Positions 12,074 to 23,979 of a stretch of DNA of 64,000 nucleotides are shown here, piece after piece. The notes beneath the pieces were generated by a model that was not told where the DNA came from, did not search any database, and saw nothing but the letters and a program-made list of their open reading frames with translations. Within the stretch, counting starts at the first letter, position 1. Every line of letters starts with the position of its first letter. The position numbers and the translations under genes were made by a program. Source of the DNA: Tubiluchus corallicola (lineage: Eukaryota; Animalia; Priapulida); contig JAQGDQ010000362.1 in the NCBI GenBank assembly GCA_030141605.1, positions 172,133-236,132 of the forward strand, given 5' to 3'.

Positions 12074-13978
12074 AGACATCGTGGAAATTGGAGAAGATGC
12101 CAAAGTCGAAAGAGCTTTCCCAATAAGGAAAATACGTGTGTAGAGCAATGTACTAATTATTTTGCTTCAAGATTGTTCGGTGATTGTTTTAGCATTGTCA
12201 GTTTTTATTTGAAAAAACATAACATTGATTAATTGGCCACATTAACATTGATTCATAAAATGTGCATTTGGTAGCGATTTTAATTTCTTTTAGATTTCTT
12301 TTAGATTTTCTGGAAAACCATATATGATGTGTGTGTTGTAAAATTACTGGTTTGATGTAAACGTAAGGTAGCGAGTATCAAATATTGTAACATTTTCAAT
12401 ATTTTAACCATTTGGTGTGGTATTATGTATTCATCTGTGCCAACACACAAAAGAAACTGATACTTGTGAAACTGAGTCGGCATAATCAGAACAATTTTCA
12501 TTTATTAGCACGAGATAGCATTTTAAATAATTTGTTAATACTTTTTTAAATATTAGACGTATACGAATCTTTTGTTTGGGTTACGTTTATTTTATAGATG
12601 ACAAATTATTGAAAATTCACTTCAATTACAATTTTTTGGCTTATGTTTGTTGTATGACAGCTGGATTTTTCTTTTAACTGTTTCTTTTATTTCTGACTGG
12701 TAATCATTATAGTTTTCGAACACAGGAATTCAACAATACCCACGCGCACCACCCTCACTACATTAAGTTATAACTAAGAAATATAACCTGGAGCCAACAA
12801 AATAATTCTAGATGCATAATCTACCGCGTCCCTGGTCAAAGGAAGGCCTAATGTTACTTGCAGTCATGTGTGTGCGCGGAAGCCAAAAATCGCGCACACA
12901 ACGGCATGGAAGTTGCACGCAATAAGTTGTAATGTTTTTGCTGTCAGAATACTATTTTAATTTGTACAACTGTTAGTGCCTGTCATTGGTTGCTGTCGCT
13001 GTTAAAATTGGCATTAATTCGGCATTTTATTCTGCAGACATTTGCAATGATTTTATCTCTTTTCTCTTTATAACTTGACTATCTGAAAGCAAATGAATAG
13101 ACAATGTGATATTTAAATTTTTATTTCAAAAATACTTGAAATTATTTTAGTTATCATTTAAATAAAACATTTTAACATAAAAAGTAAATGCTATTTTATT
13201 GTTTATTTTGAAATTCGGCGCACAACTCTGTGAAGGAATACGATGCTGCAAGACTGTTTTGAGTAACTGTAGAGTGATCTTTATAGTCAGCAGGATTGTC
13301 CAAGGTTTAGTGTCGTTACTCTAGCGCTTACTCTCGTTACGCTAGTAACGAAAATTTGAACGAAATCAAAACATAAGTTGACAGAACTGCCCACAGTTCA
13401 GCTAAACAGCAGATTACACAGATGGGTATCCATTTCATTCCAACAGATTCTTGATATCTATATTTTACTGATAGATCAACAAAAATTTTATAATATAAAA
13501 TAATAGATAACATCATGTACACCTGTAATTATATATAGATTTGGTTATTTACCTTCACTAAATTTATAAATTATCACGCCTGCTCATTTTGCATTTGTCT
13601 AGATCATCATGTCTTAAATTCCCTTATATACATTTCTCACTATCAAAATGCAAATATTGTAGAATCTGGAAATAGTCAGCAACGTTTCGATATATTGCCA
13701 GTCTTGAATACTATACACACAATACATACATTGTTTACAAAAATATAAATACTAACATATCTAGTGTCGAGAACTACGCTTGTCGAGTAAAAGTGCTTAT
13801 TCGTGGTCACAAGTATGTTTCCTAAGCCTGTTTTCATAGTACATTTAACTCTATGCAAACTAGCTTTGTACTCAATTTGCCGTCCAAACCGAATGTAAGA
13901 GGTAAAATCACTTGCATATAGGCTTCCTTCTCAGAAGGTATTTATAGTTGTAATCTTATTTCTAGCTACCTAGCTTGG

Positions 13979-14700
13979 AGGCACAGGTAATAATGGCACA
14001 GGAAAAATGGCACATGTGTTATTTTGATGCAACTGATTTCCATAGTAAAACTAGGATGCGCTGCCAAAGGTGAACAATCCCAAACTTATTCGTCTGATTC
14101 ACAAAATATTTGTTCATTAAATAAATTTATAATCAACAATGCAACGAGTGTTCCGCATAATCTACCTTTCTTTAACCACAAATTTTGCAATGGTAATAGA
14201 CTGACATATTATAACGCAAAAACTAAAAAATTTGGTAATAACCAGATTTTTTACAATCGGATGGCAAAAAGTTTAGTTATAATCAAATTGTTTTATAATC
14301 GGACGGAAAACGAAAAAATCTGGTTTTAACTAGTTTTTATGTTAAAATTGCAAATATACTCTTTCAACCATGGAGAAACGAGAAGAACTCGTGTTTTGTA
14401 CTTTAGACTCCGGTTTAGTAACAAAATGTTTAGCGCACATCCACGGAATTATTATAAGCGTGAGAACGTTAAAAGGGATAATAAGAAAATTTGGATTGTG
14501 TTGAAGGTGGCCACAAAGTGATGTTACTGACGTTTTTGTACGTGGTGTTCGGTCAAGTTTCACGCAAAAAGAACGGGGAAAAAACCATCCATTTGGCACT
14601 CTATACCTGCACTTACAACGCTTTGGTATATTAATTCCATGATATCCTATTACAAAAAATCTGGTTATAACCACATTTTTTTAGAATCGGACGACAAAAT
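13979..14700. repeat. Probable decayed DNA-transposon remnant with internal ~45 bp repeats
   Basis: Starts with ggcacaggtaataatggcacaggaaaaatggcaca. The motif aaaatctggttataaccacattttttagaatcggacg recurs in diverged form at ~14227, ~14268, ~14315 and ~14656. Confidence 0.4.
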
Positions 14701-16140
14701 TTAAACACTAATTTGTATTATGCAGTCAGCCCAAGAGAGCAACAGAGCCTTTTTTGATTATGTGCTATATGACAAAGTCCACTTCTGACTGGCTGCCTAT
14801 AAAAAGCCCGTGCGGAAAAAATATATACATAAATATAGTAATACATCAACCACCGCGCCTGAAAATTTCTATACAGAAGTGATATATTTTAGATTTAAGC
14901 TTTATAGAAAACTTTTTTGCATATTTCTTTGCTAGTTTTTCTAAGTTTAAGTGATAACTGTAAAATAAACCTAACACACTGAGTGACTTGTTCTTTCCTT
15001 TAAATATATAAAATTATGTCAAAGTTTCACAAAACAATGGGTAGTAGTGTCCGCAAGGCCGTGTTTGATAAAATCTTGTATTGGGACTTCACTGAAGGTG
15101 AGAAACTTAATAGATAATTAGTTAACCAACTAATTAACCACCACACAGTCTACTCACGTAACTATATGTGGCAAATGATACCCGAAGAAAACATCGAAAA
15201 CTTTGGCATCTTTTTCTACGTTTGAAGTGTTCAACACATTTTTGCATTACTATGTACTTACACTGTCCGTTTTAAAAGCAATGAATTGATTTTAGCAGTA
15301 AGAGAAATGTGAACCGATATCAAAAAGGACATTTTTTCAATTATTCGACTAATTTCAGCTTTCCTTTGCTGACTGTTACAACTACTATTCAAGATGAGAT
15401 ATTATTTACGTACTTGGTCGATAAACATTTATTGTCTGGTGTTTCTTAGTAAATGCCTGGGTTATAAACGTGATGCTTACAGTATTTGTTTGCTGCGTTA
15501 CATTCATATCTATACTTCGTTTGAGATTAAGTGTTTGAACACACGACTGAATCGTGCTATAATCCCCTACATATATACTCGAGTAAACAGAAGTCACTTT
15601 TGTGTCCAAATTCACCAGCAGGGCTTATAGTTGCATTTTTGAAGATGTTTTCACAGTCAGTTCTTTTAACAGGTAATTATCATTTTCGATTTTTAGCAAA
15701 CTTAATATCACAATTTGTCAGTGAAATACGTTACTTGTGTTTCGGTTTGGCAAGTTCTACTACTGACAAAACAATTTAAAAAAACGGCGTAGTACATTTG
15801 CTACATAGTATAAGACTACCAGATAATGTAAACCAGTTCATTCGACTGAAAAAATACAAGAACAAGCTTACCTGATTGTCTCATCGAAAGTTTGACTCTC
15901 AAATTTTAACACAAGTTTTGGATTAACTCAAGCTATGTAAGGGTTTCCTGCTAAAATTTAATAAATGAAAATATACTTGCCTTCACTAGGCTAAAATAAG
16001 CTTTATCTAGTTAAAATGTGTTATAACGTAATATGTGTCTGATAGATGCACTACTTCACAAGAAACTCTCACTTCAACTAATGGTAAAATTTGTTGTAAA
16101 AATTATTATTGACTCCTTTTATTTTTCTTGTTGTGCAAAG

Positions 16141-18266
16141 ATGACCAGTCCAAAAATTTGGCTTGTCTATTTATTCACAGCTTGCCTGGCCGTTGTTTTG
16201 TCGAATTCAGTAGATGAAGAAAGTTATTTTCATAGCGAGGAGTATGAAGCCACGGCAGAGCTTAAATTTAAGCTCTACATTGAAGAAATGAATAAACAAA
16301 GAGGGCTCTTCCCTAAAAAGGAAGTTTGTTACGACATCTTTGGTTGTTTTAACAATGAGCCGCCCTATGATAATGCAATGGGTAACGTCCCTGAAGATCC
16401 AGCCGTCATCCAGACGAAATTTCTACTCTTTACCAGGAATAATCGCGACACCTATGAAATGCTTTCTTACAATGATCCCAGTACAATCTTATCATCGAAC
16501 TTTGATGGCTTAAAGAAAACAAGTTTTCTGATACATGGATTTTCTGGTCATGGCAACATGGATTGGGTGAAACTAATGAAAGACGGAGCATTGACTAAGG
16601 TATTTATAAGTGTATTCAAACTTTTTTGCCAAATGTTTCTCCATCCAATGCCTTTACTGGTGCCTTTCTTGAAAACAGAGAGCATCACAAAAGTGATCAA
16701 TCTCTATGTGTTCTATGATCTCTATGATCGATCTCAGCAAATATCTAGTCAAAAAAAGTTTTTACTAGGCCTATATCATCAAAGCAAAGCCGGACCCAAT
16801 CTTAAACGGTAGGTCAAAACTATCTACTCTTTAAAATGTAGAAAGAAAACATACTATTTTTTTCAAAAATGGCATACGTGAAATTTGTATTACCACAATT
16901 TCGCGTTCCTGCCACTAGTTCTTCGCTGTTTCACGCATTTTGCCATTGGCAAATTAGACGGGCACTAGCGCCTGCATTTCGAAAGCGCGTTGCACGAAAA
17001 ACAGGCACTGTACCTCTCAGTTCAGATTTGTTCATTTGTGACAAACTACACACGTTTGACAGCTCATGCGTGAGCATAGCGGTAAATTTGAAATGAGCAT
17101 TTTTATCTTTAAATTTGCCTAGTTTTAGCACAACACATTGAATATCTTACCGTAGCAATGTACTTCAATTTTCACTTTCGCAAACACGTGCAACACGCTC
17201 GTGGAATATTTTTGCTGTTGAAAATTATGTTAATTTGTGTTGTCATCAATAATTGGGCTCGCTGCCGTTAATTAAGTTTTTCATCTATTATCAGAAACGC
17301 GTTTGCAGTATTAATTGGGTTAAAATGCATACTTTTATCTTACTTGAAAATGGGATAGTATATGAAAAATCATCCTGTCTTCATTTAAATATTAATTCAA
17401 TAAATAATATAACTGCCTTAGGTATGAAAACTAACTACTTTATTTCTGTATTTTTTTACGAAATTCCTTATCAGACTTCAAAGATGAAACATTCCAGCAA
17501 CAGTAAACATGCTTGCCTCACAGATTTTGTCTTGAATATTATTTTAAAAGACTCGAGAAAAGATTGACCATGACGCATTATTATGCTACAGTGAAAGTTT
17601 CCGGAATTTGTCAGACTAATCCTTCTATTTCTGGTTTTGAGAATAAGATATACTATCATATGTTGAAAATATATCTTTATACTTTGATTATCTGAACAAA
17701 GCCTTCCTTTTTTCCAGGAAGATATTAACTTTATTGTTGTTGATTGGGAACGAGGAGCAGATTCACTTAGTTATTGGCAAGGAGTTGCCAACTGCAGAAT
17801 TGTTGGAGCAGAGGTAGCTTACTTGATCAAACAAATTAACAGCTTTGCTGGGACATCAGAGAGACAGTTTCATCTGATAGGATTCAGTTTAGGTGCTCAT
17901 GTTGCAGGTTATGCAGGAGAAGAGTTACCTGGGATTGCACATATCACAGGTATTACTTGGTGCACCGTACTGCCCGTAATTAGGTTGTTTACTACTTTTT
18001 AAAATAAAATTAAAGATAATTTTCAGATAAAGCTTGTTTATTCAGAGAAAACCTATCCAGCACGCCTATAAATTGAGTAATTTTTTTCTGTAGGCTTAGA
18101 CCCAGCAAGTCCCTGGTTTGAAGGTGAAGATCCAAGAGTCCGTATTGATGCAACTGATGCGGACTTTGTTGATGTTGTTCACACAAACACTGGTCCCTTG
18201 TGGCTTGGTTATGTTGGTAAAACAAATTTGTCACTTCTTATAACATATATTCTTACCACCCGTCAG

Positions 18267-18321
<55 letters not shown>

Positions 18322-21300
18322 CTCTGTTTATCTTTCCTTTAGCTTCAATTCTCTGTCAATCTATCTTCTGCCTGTTGTCTGTCTGTATGACTGCTGGCTA
18401 TCCATCGATCCATCTGCCTGTCTTTTGCTTTGTTTTGTTCTTCTCTCTTACTTCTCTTTCCTTTAAATGTACATCTTACTATTCTAACAATTTTCCACAA
18501 AAGAAACAAAATCTTGTACTTTGCACTTGAATTTAGTAACTTGTACTTACTTTCCTCGACAGGAATCTCGCAAAAATCTGGCCACGTTGACGTTTTTCCT
18601 AATGGTGGATCTCTTCAAACAGGATGTAGCACTCCTGCTGGTGGAGCCCTTGAAGCCATTCTAACAGGCAATTGTAAGTTTTTTATGGCGTTTTCTGCAT
18701 GAAGGTAGTTTTGTAGTGGTTTTCTCAGCTATTGCCGACTTATATGTGTGACCTAAGCTTTTAACATGATAAAAAGACATTTTTTCACGCCAGGTTACCA
18801 TTGGTTCTGTGTACGTTAGACAGAAATTAGTTAAATAATTGGCATTAATGACTGCAAGTATATATGTAAATTTCAGTGTAAATATGTAACGCTTTCAACG
18901 ATCATCATTTATCATTGTCATCTATTTATTTGTTCAGTCGCTAATTTGGGAATAGATGTATATTAATGAAATAAAAGATTAATGGCAAAAAAGTAAAACG
19001 ACAGTTGTTACCAATTCGGCGATAAGGCTTTTTCTTGCACTTCTTAACGAAAAAAGGTTAGGATTGTGTCCGATGTTACGACATTTCGTTTTCATCAATT
19101 TTATGCAGTTCGGCACTTTAAAGCCAAAGTGTAGCACTCAACAGCAGAACCTACTTAATGTGGATAGCCGAGATAGAGCTGGAACTTACTCATTGTCAAA
19201 ACTAATCTTTTAGTAAGAGAATTTCAGAGGTGTTCTGGTCACATTCGGATACGTATGTGACTTTCAGGTAAATAGGGAGGGCAGCAATATGGCAGACGTT
19301 TCAAGGGTATCCATTAATTGGCCATGGTTTGCATTGCTTAATTTCGTCATTAAATACGCGTCGTAATGACTAGACTGCGTCTCTCGCCCAACTGCACTGC
19401 TTTTAGCAGAGAACAATAGATTTTCAATTTATGAAGGTCTGCATGCCCTACTGATCATGTTATGTCCTATTCATATTGTGTAATTTAAATTGGGGTAGGC
19501 TGCTTTGCCACCTGTTGCTGTGCTGTATTGAGCTGTTGTTTTGTTTTGTTGGATAGTTATTTGGGAATGCTAATACCACAAAAGTGAGAATTTAAAATGA
19601 TTGTTAATCTTGTAACTGAGAAAAATTACCCATCTTCCTTAATTTGAAGTTGAAGAACTTTTTGACATCGCTGGATGTAATCACTATCGGGCTGTTTTCC
19701 TATACGCCAATGCCTTGCTTACCCAGTGTGGTCCAAAGTCATTTGGTTGTGATAGCTACGATAGCTTCCAGGCGGGACGCTGTGCAGAAGTTGGAAGGAC
19801 GGAAGTTGGCAACGCGGAGAAGTTTTCTTACAGGGGCAATGCGTACTGTGATACGTTAACAGAGGAAGACGGTTTCTGTGGTAATCATTTTGACACTTTA
19901 GCACAAAATTGCTAAACACTGCTTAAACGATTTTTATTCAAGTGACCTTTAGACGTTTCAGTATGTTTTTAATAAAAGTGACTTTAACGTAACGCCTTGC
20001 GCTACTGTTTCCATAATTTCAACCTAGATAAATTATATTTAATTTGATTCTGCATTTTTTAAGCTTCAACCTGGAGGAAAAACTACTTCCTTAAAGTATT
20101 CAAAGTTGTATTAGTGGCTTTATAGGATCATTGTAACAATGATCGCTTGCAAATATCAGCTAAAAAGAATTTTAGAGTTGAGCATTGGTGACGTCATCAT
20201 ATTTCTCCACTTTGTAGGATTTCATTATCATGTTGGTATATCGCTTGCACCTTGGAGCTTCCATCCTGATGGTGATATTTTTGCTACTGTCATCTCGAGC
20301 ACTGGGACTGAGATAGTTACCATTCAGCTTGCTAAGTAAATCAATATTCAGATTTTAAGCATTCTTTCATAATTCACTAACTTAGTATTAAAAGGATATT
20401 TTTGATCTAAAAGATTACTAAAAAGGTTTTAGATTATTCGCCGTTTTAAATTACGTTTCTATATTACATGTACAAAACGAATCAAAACCATTTAAAAGAT
20501 CTATTACCAGTCGAACTTATTTGTTGTGTTTCCAAACCATATTCATTAATACATGTAGCTTCACCAAACATCAGAAAATTTAGCAATGTGGAGTCGGTCA
20601 TCCGGAGTTGCGTACCTCCGAACTACCGTTTGGCACGTGATTATTATACATGTATGAACGATCAAAGTTGATTAAATAACGACAAAGTTTACTAGTTTCT
20701 GCACATCGAAAAAGTTGACTAATTCAGGTAATCCATCACAGAAATGGGCATGAAAGTTTGGAAAATGTGCTTAATCGAAAAATGTGACAATTTTTGGATC
20801 AATACTGTGCACAATATGTATAAGATGAGCATTTGTTACTAATTGTCTTCCAGTGGCGAGTCCATCCCTGCAGGACAAGAAACTGCTGGTCTTTTCTTTA
20901 CTTCCACTGCAATAGCGGACGTTTCATATGTGAAACTCTCGTACGAGAAAGGCTGGTTCGAGTACTCTTCATTTGATGTGAACAAGATTGCCGTACGAGA
21001 CTACGACAACGATTCTTGGTATAAAAATATTTCCTTAATATATGCTATGTATATGCCATACAACAAATGCTGCAATGAATGCTTTGTTATGGAGTTAATA
21101 GAATTAGTTTGGCATATTTACCCAACCAAAGTGTACGACTGTGTGCATGAAAGTTGTGATTATAGCTATCCGTGAAAATTGCCATTTAGCATTGCTGATG
21201 TACTATTTTGCCTTGTTAACACAGGCGCGTTTTGCCGACCAAGAGATTTTGTAAATCACACATTTAATGCTGATTCCTTTGACTGTGTCAAGTAACTGAG

Positions 21301-21497
21301 ACAAACAGGCCAATATGTATGTGTAAATCATTTTATTAACCGTTTTTGTGTAAACGCGCTGACAGCTTTATTTTTACAATGTTACTTCTACATCTTTAAA
21401 TCACTATTTTTGTTTACGTAGGTGGACAAGCTGCAGCGAAGTTAAAGTGAAACATGACAGTCCTGTTACAGTTTCTATGACACCTGGCAATTGCTGA
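16141..21497 (+). CDS. Pancreatic lipase-related protein, paralog 3 (504 aa); exons 16141-16599, 17718-17949, 18094-18216, 18563-18673, 19650-19880, 20218-20335, 20854-21018, 21422-21497
   Basis: Signal peptide [89 protein letters not shown] domain ending WTSC..PGNC*. Exon sum 1515 nt, no internal stops. Confidence 0.95.
16778..17388. mobile_element. ~600 bp non-autonomous DNA transposon (Kolobok/T2-MITE-like TTAA ends), copy 1, in an intron of lipase 3
   Basis: Aligns over its full length to 22416-23018 and 61496-62112; ends tcaaagcaaagccgga ... tcctgtcttcatttaa. Confidence 0.8.
18267..18325. repeat. (CT)n microsatellite
   Basis: Directly visible. Confidence 0.95.
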
Positions 21498-21839
21498 CAA
21501 ATCAGGCAGCTTAGCAACTTTCAGAATTGAAAAATATTAAAGAAAGAAAAACATTTACCCCAATTAAAATATGGCGTTTGCTTTTTACTTTTCACCAGGC
21601 TAGAGAAACTCACTTGGTCATGATTGAATGAAAATGACAATATTTCAGAGTCCGTGCAACTGGTAAAACGAAACGAGGTGACAGTTTCACTGAAACTATA
21701 TTATATGAAAACTGGCAAATGTGGATCTTACGTTTTTTGAAGGACTTTTCAGCGATAATCAACTTCTAACTTAACACAAATAATAATTAAAACACATAAT
21801 TATATCGATCAGCACTGGTGTATGCACCAAAAGGGATGC

Positions 21840-21894
21840 GAGAGAGAAGGGGGAATAGGGGGAGGGAGAGAGAGAAGAGAACGAGAGATGAGAC

Positions 21895-21956
<62 letters not shown>

Positions 21957-22017
21957 AGCCAGAACAAGAGAAAGAAAGAAAGTCAGACAGAGAGAGGGAG
22001 AGAGAAACTGAGAGAGC
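21840..22017. repeat. (GA)n microsatellite, imperfect flanks
   Basis: Directly visible. Confidence 0.95.
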
Positions 22018-22415
22018 GATAGGAGTGTGCAACATATGTTTCGATTATTTGCTCAACTTATTAAAGCAGCAAACAGATAATATAAAAGTAAATACGCTTT
22101 ACTCTTTGATATTTTATTTCGCTGAAAAATTATTTCGCAACATAATTAGCCACGAATAATATTAGAAGTTGATTGCTCATACATTTGAATAGGCCGCCTA
22201 TGTAGAAAATAGTTAAAAGAAAAGGTCTTCAGATGTTACATAGTTTTAAACCCAACAGAGACATTAATTCAGATTAATTCACGTCATTTTGATTATCAAA
22301 GTGTGTTTCTACTAATACAAAATTCTGTGATAAAAGTTTAGATACACAAATGATAAATGTAGATACGATCTAACCAAAAATATCACGAGAATAACAATAT
22401 CTACAGGCAACTGTG

Positions 22416-23018
22416 TTAAAGCAAACTGAATTTTGCAGTACTTGGTCAAAACAATCTACTCTTTAAAATATTGAAAGAAAACATACTATTTTTTTCAAAA
22501 ATGACTTACGTGAACGAATTATTACCACACAAACACAATTTCACGTTCGCGCCACTATTTTTTCGCTCTTACACGCATTTTGCCATTCGGTAATTAGACG
22601 GGCATTAACGCCTAATTTCGGAAACGCATTGCACCAAAAACAGGTGCTGTACCTTTCAGTTCAGATGCGTTCGTTTGTGACGAACTATACACGTTCGATA
22701 GCTCATGCGTGAGCACAGCGGTAAATTTGAAATTTAAATTTTTATCTTAAAACTTGCCCAGTTTTAGTACAACACACTGAATATCTTACCGTAGCAATGT
22801 ACTTCAGTTTTCGCATTCGCAAATACGTGCAACATGCTCGTAGAATATGTTTGCTGTTGAAAATTATCTTAGTTTGTGATGTCATCAAACGTTGGGCTCG
22901 CCTGCCGTTAATTAAGCTTTTAATCATTATTTAATTATTAGAAGCGCTTTTGCTGTATAAATTGTTATCGGACTTGGAAGTGAGTTAGTATATGAAAAAT
23001 CATCCTGTCTTCCTTTAA
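22416..23018. mobile_element. ~600 bp non-autonomous DNA transposon, copy 2
   Basis: Ends TTAAagcaaactgaa ... tcctgtcttcctTTAA; interior matches copies 1 and 3 (e.g. agctcatgcgtgagcacagcggtaaatttgaaat). Confidence 0.8.
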
Positions 23019-23383
23019 TTCTAGATAACTAAATTAAACTAGTTTCGCTTTTTTGAGCACGTAGAACATTTCAGTTGCTTGCAATAAGGCTCACTAAAAA
23101 ATTCGCTTGATTTAAGCAATTTTTCCATCATAAAACTCTCCTTACAAGTACTCTCGAACTCGCTCCGTGAAAATTTCACAAATAACCAAATGAATTCCAA
23201 GGGTCAATGTACCAGGGCTTTATCTTATGTGACTTTCGCTTTTCTCAAGAAAAAATAAAGGAAATGATACCAACGATCGTTTGAAATGCAATAATCAAGA
23301 TTTCATTAATATCACTGGCAATAAAAAAGGGGCGACAATCATATAAAAGCACGACAGCAAAATTAAATTGGAAAGACCAAAAA

Positions 23384-23486
23384 TTTTGGTGCTGTGATTC
23401 GAACCTAAGACCTTCTGCTATGCTAAGACAGTTTGGAATACTTGAAAAACGTACTATCTCACAGTAAGAATTAGCACTACAGCAGA
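23384..23486 (-). mobile_element. Decayed tRNA-derived (SINE-like) segment
   Basis: The minus strand has B-box GGTTCGAATC within agcagaaggtcttaggttcgaatcacagc..aaaattttt, similar to 50036-50110. Confidence 0.4.
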
Positions 23487-23794
23487 AATTAAACCTAACT
23501 TTTGCAATTAAATCTACCACCAAAATTTTGCATGTTTTATTCTTTACAAAAGTTTGTTCTAGTTGCCTGAAAATAATCTTCCGTAGAAAAATGAGGCAAC
23601 TCATTAAATTAATTGTAAAAACTCCGTGTTTTAAGCACAAGTATTTAGAAGTTACTTGTAATAACTGCATATTCGGCTGTAAGACTAGAATCTTTTATGT
23701 ACACATCCTATAGCGGCCTCCTGGTGACTGAGACGTGATATTCTCTTGGGAAAAATAACAGCCTGTTTATGAAAATATTTACATCATTCAATTG

Positions 23795-23825
23795 TTATCT
23801 CTTATCTTTATTTATAAATATATAG
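23795..23825 (+). promoter_or_regulatory. Putative promoter of lipase paralog 4: tandem GATA sites followed by a TATA box
   Basis: TTATCT-C-TTATCT (two reverse WGATAA sites) lies immediately before TATAAATATATA (23813-23824), ~160 bp upstream of the ATG at 23980. Confidence 0.4.
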
Positions 23826-23979
23826 GTGGCAAGTCCTTGATTATTCGCGAGGATATTTTGCCAGGGTACTTTCTGCCTATCCTGTGTTTGAGAAGCAAGG
23901 ATCATTAGCGGTCACAGTAAAGTTGTTAAGTGTGACTGGTCGGACATAATATGGTGGACTGAATCTTTTATCTAGAGCT

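Noticed and set aside
12869-12900. Hairpin TGTGTGCGCG-N12-CGCGCACACA as a Helitron end or terminator
   Set aside because: No CTRR terminus at the expected distance, the arms are low-complexity, and there is no second copy in the window.
16033-16140. Upstream in-frame ATGs extending lipase 3 (ORF start 16033)
   Set aside because: The region looks intronic (donor at ~15937, pyrimidine tract and AAG at 16140); ATG 16141 gives a clean signal peptide.
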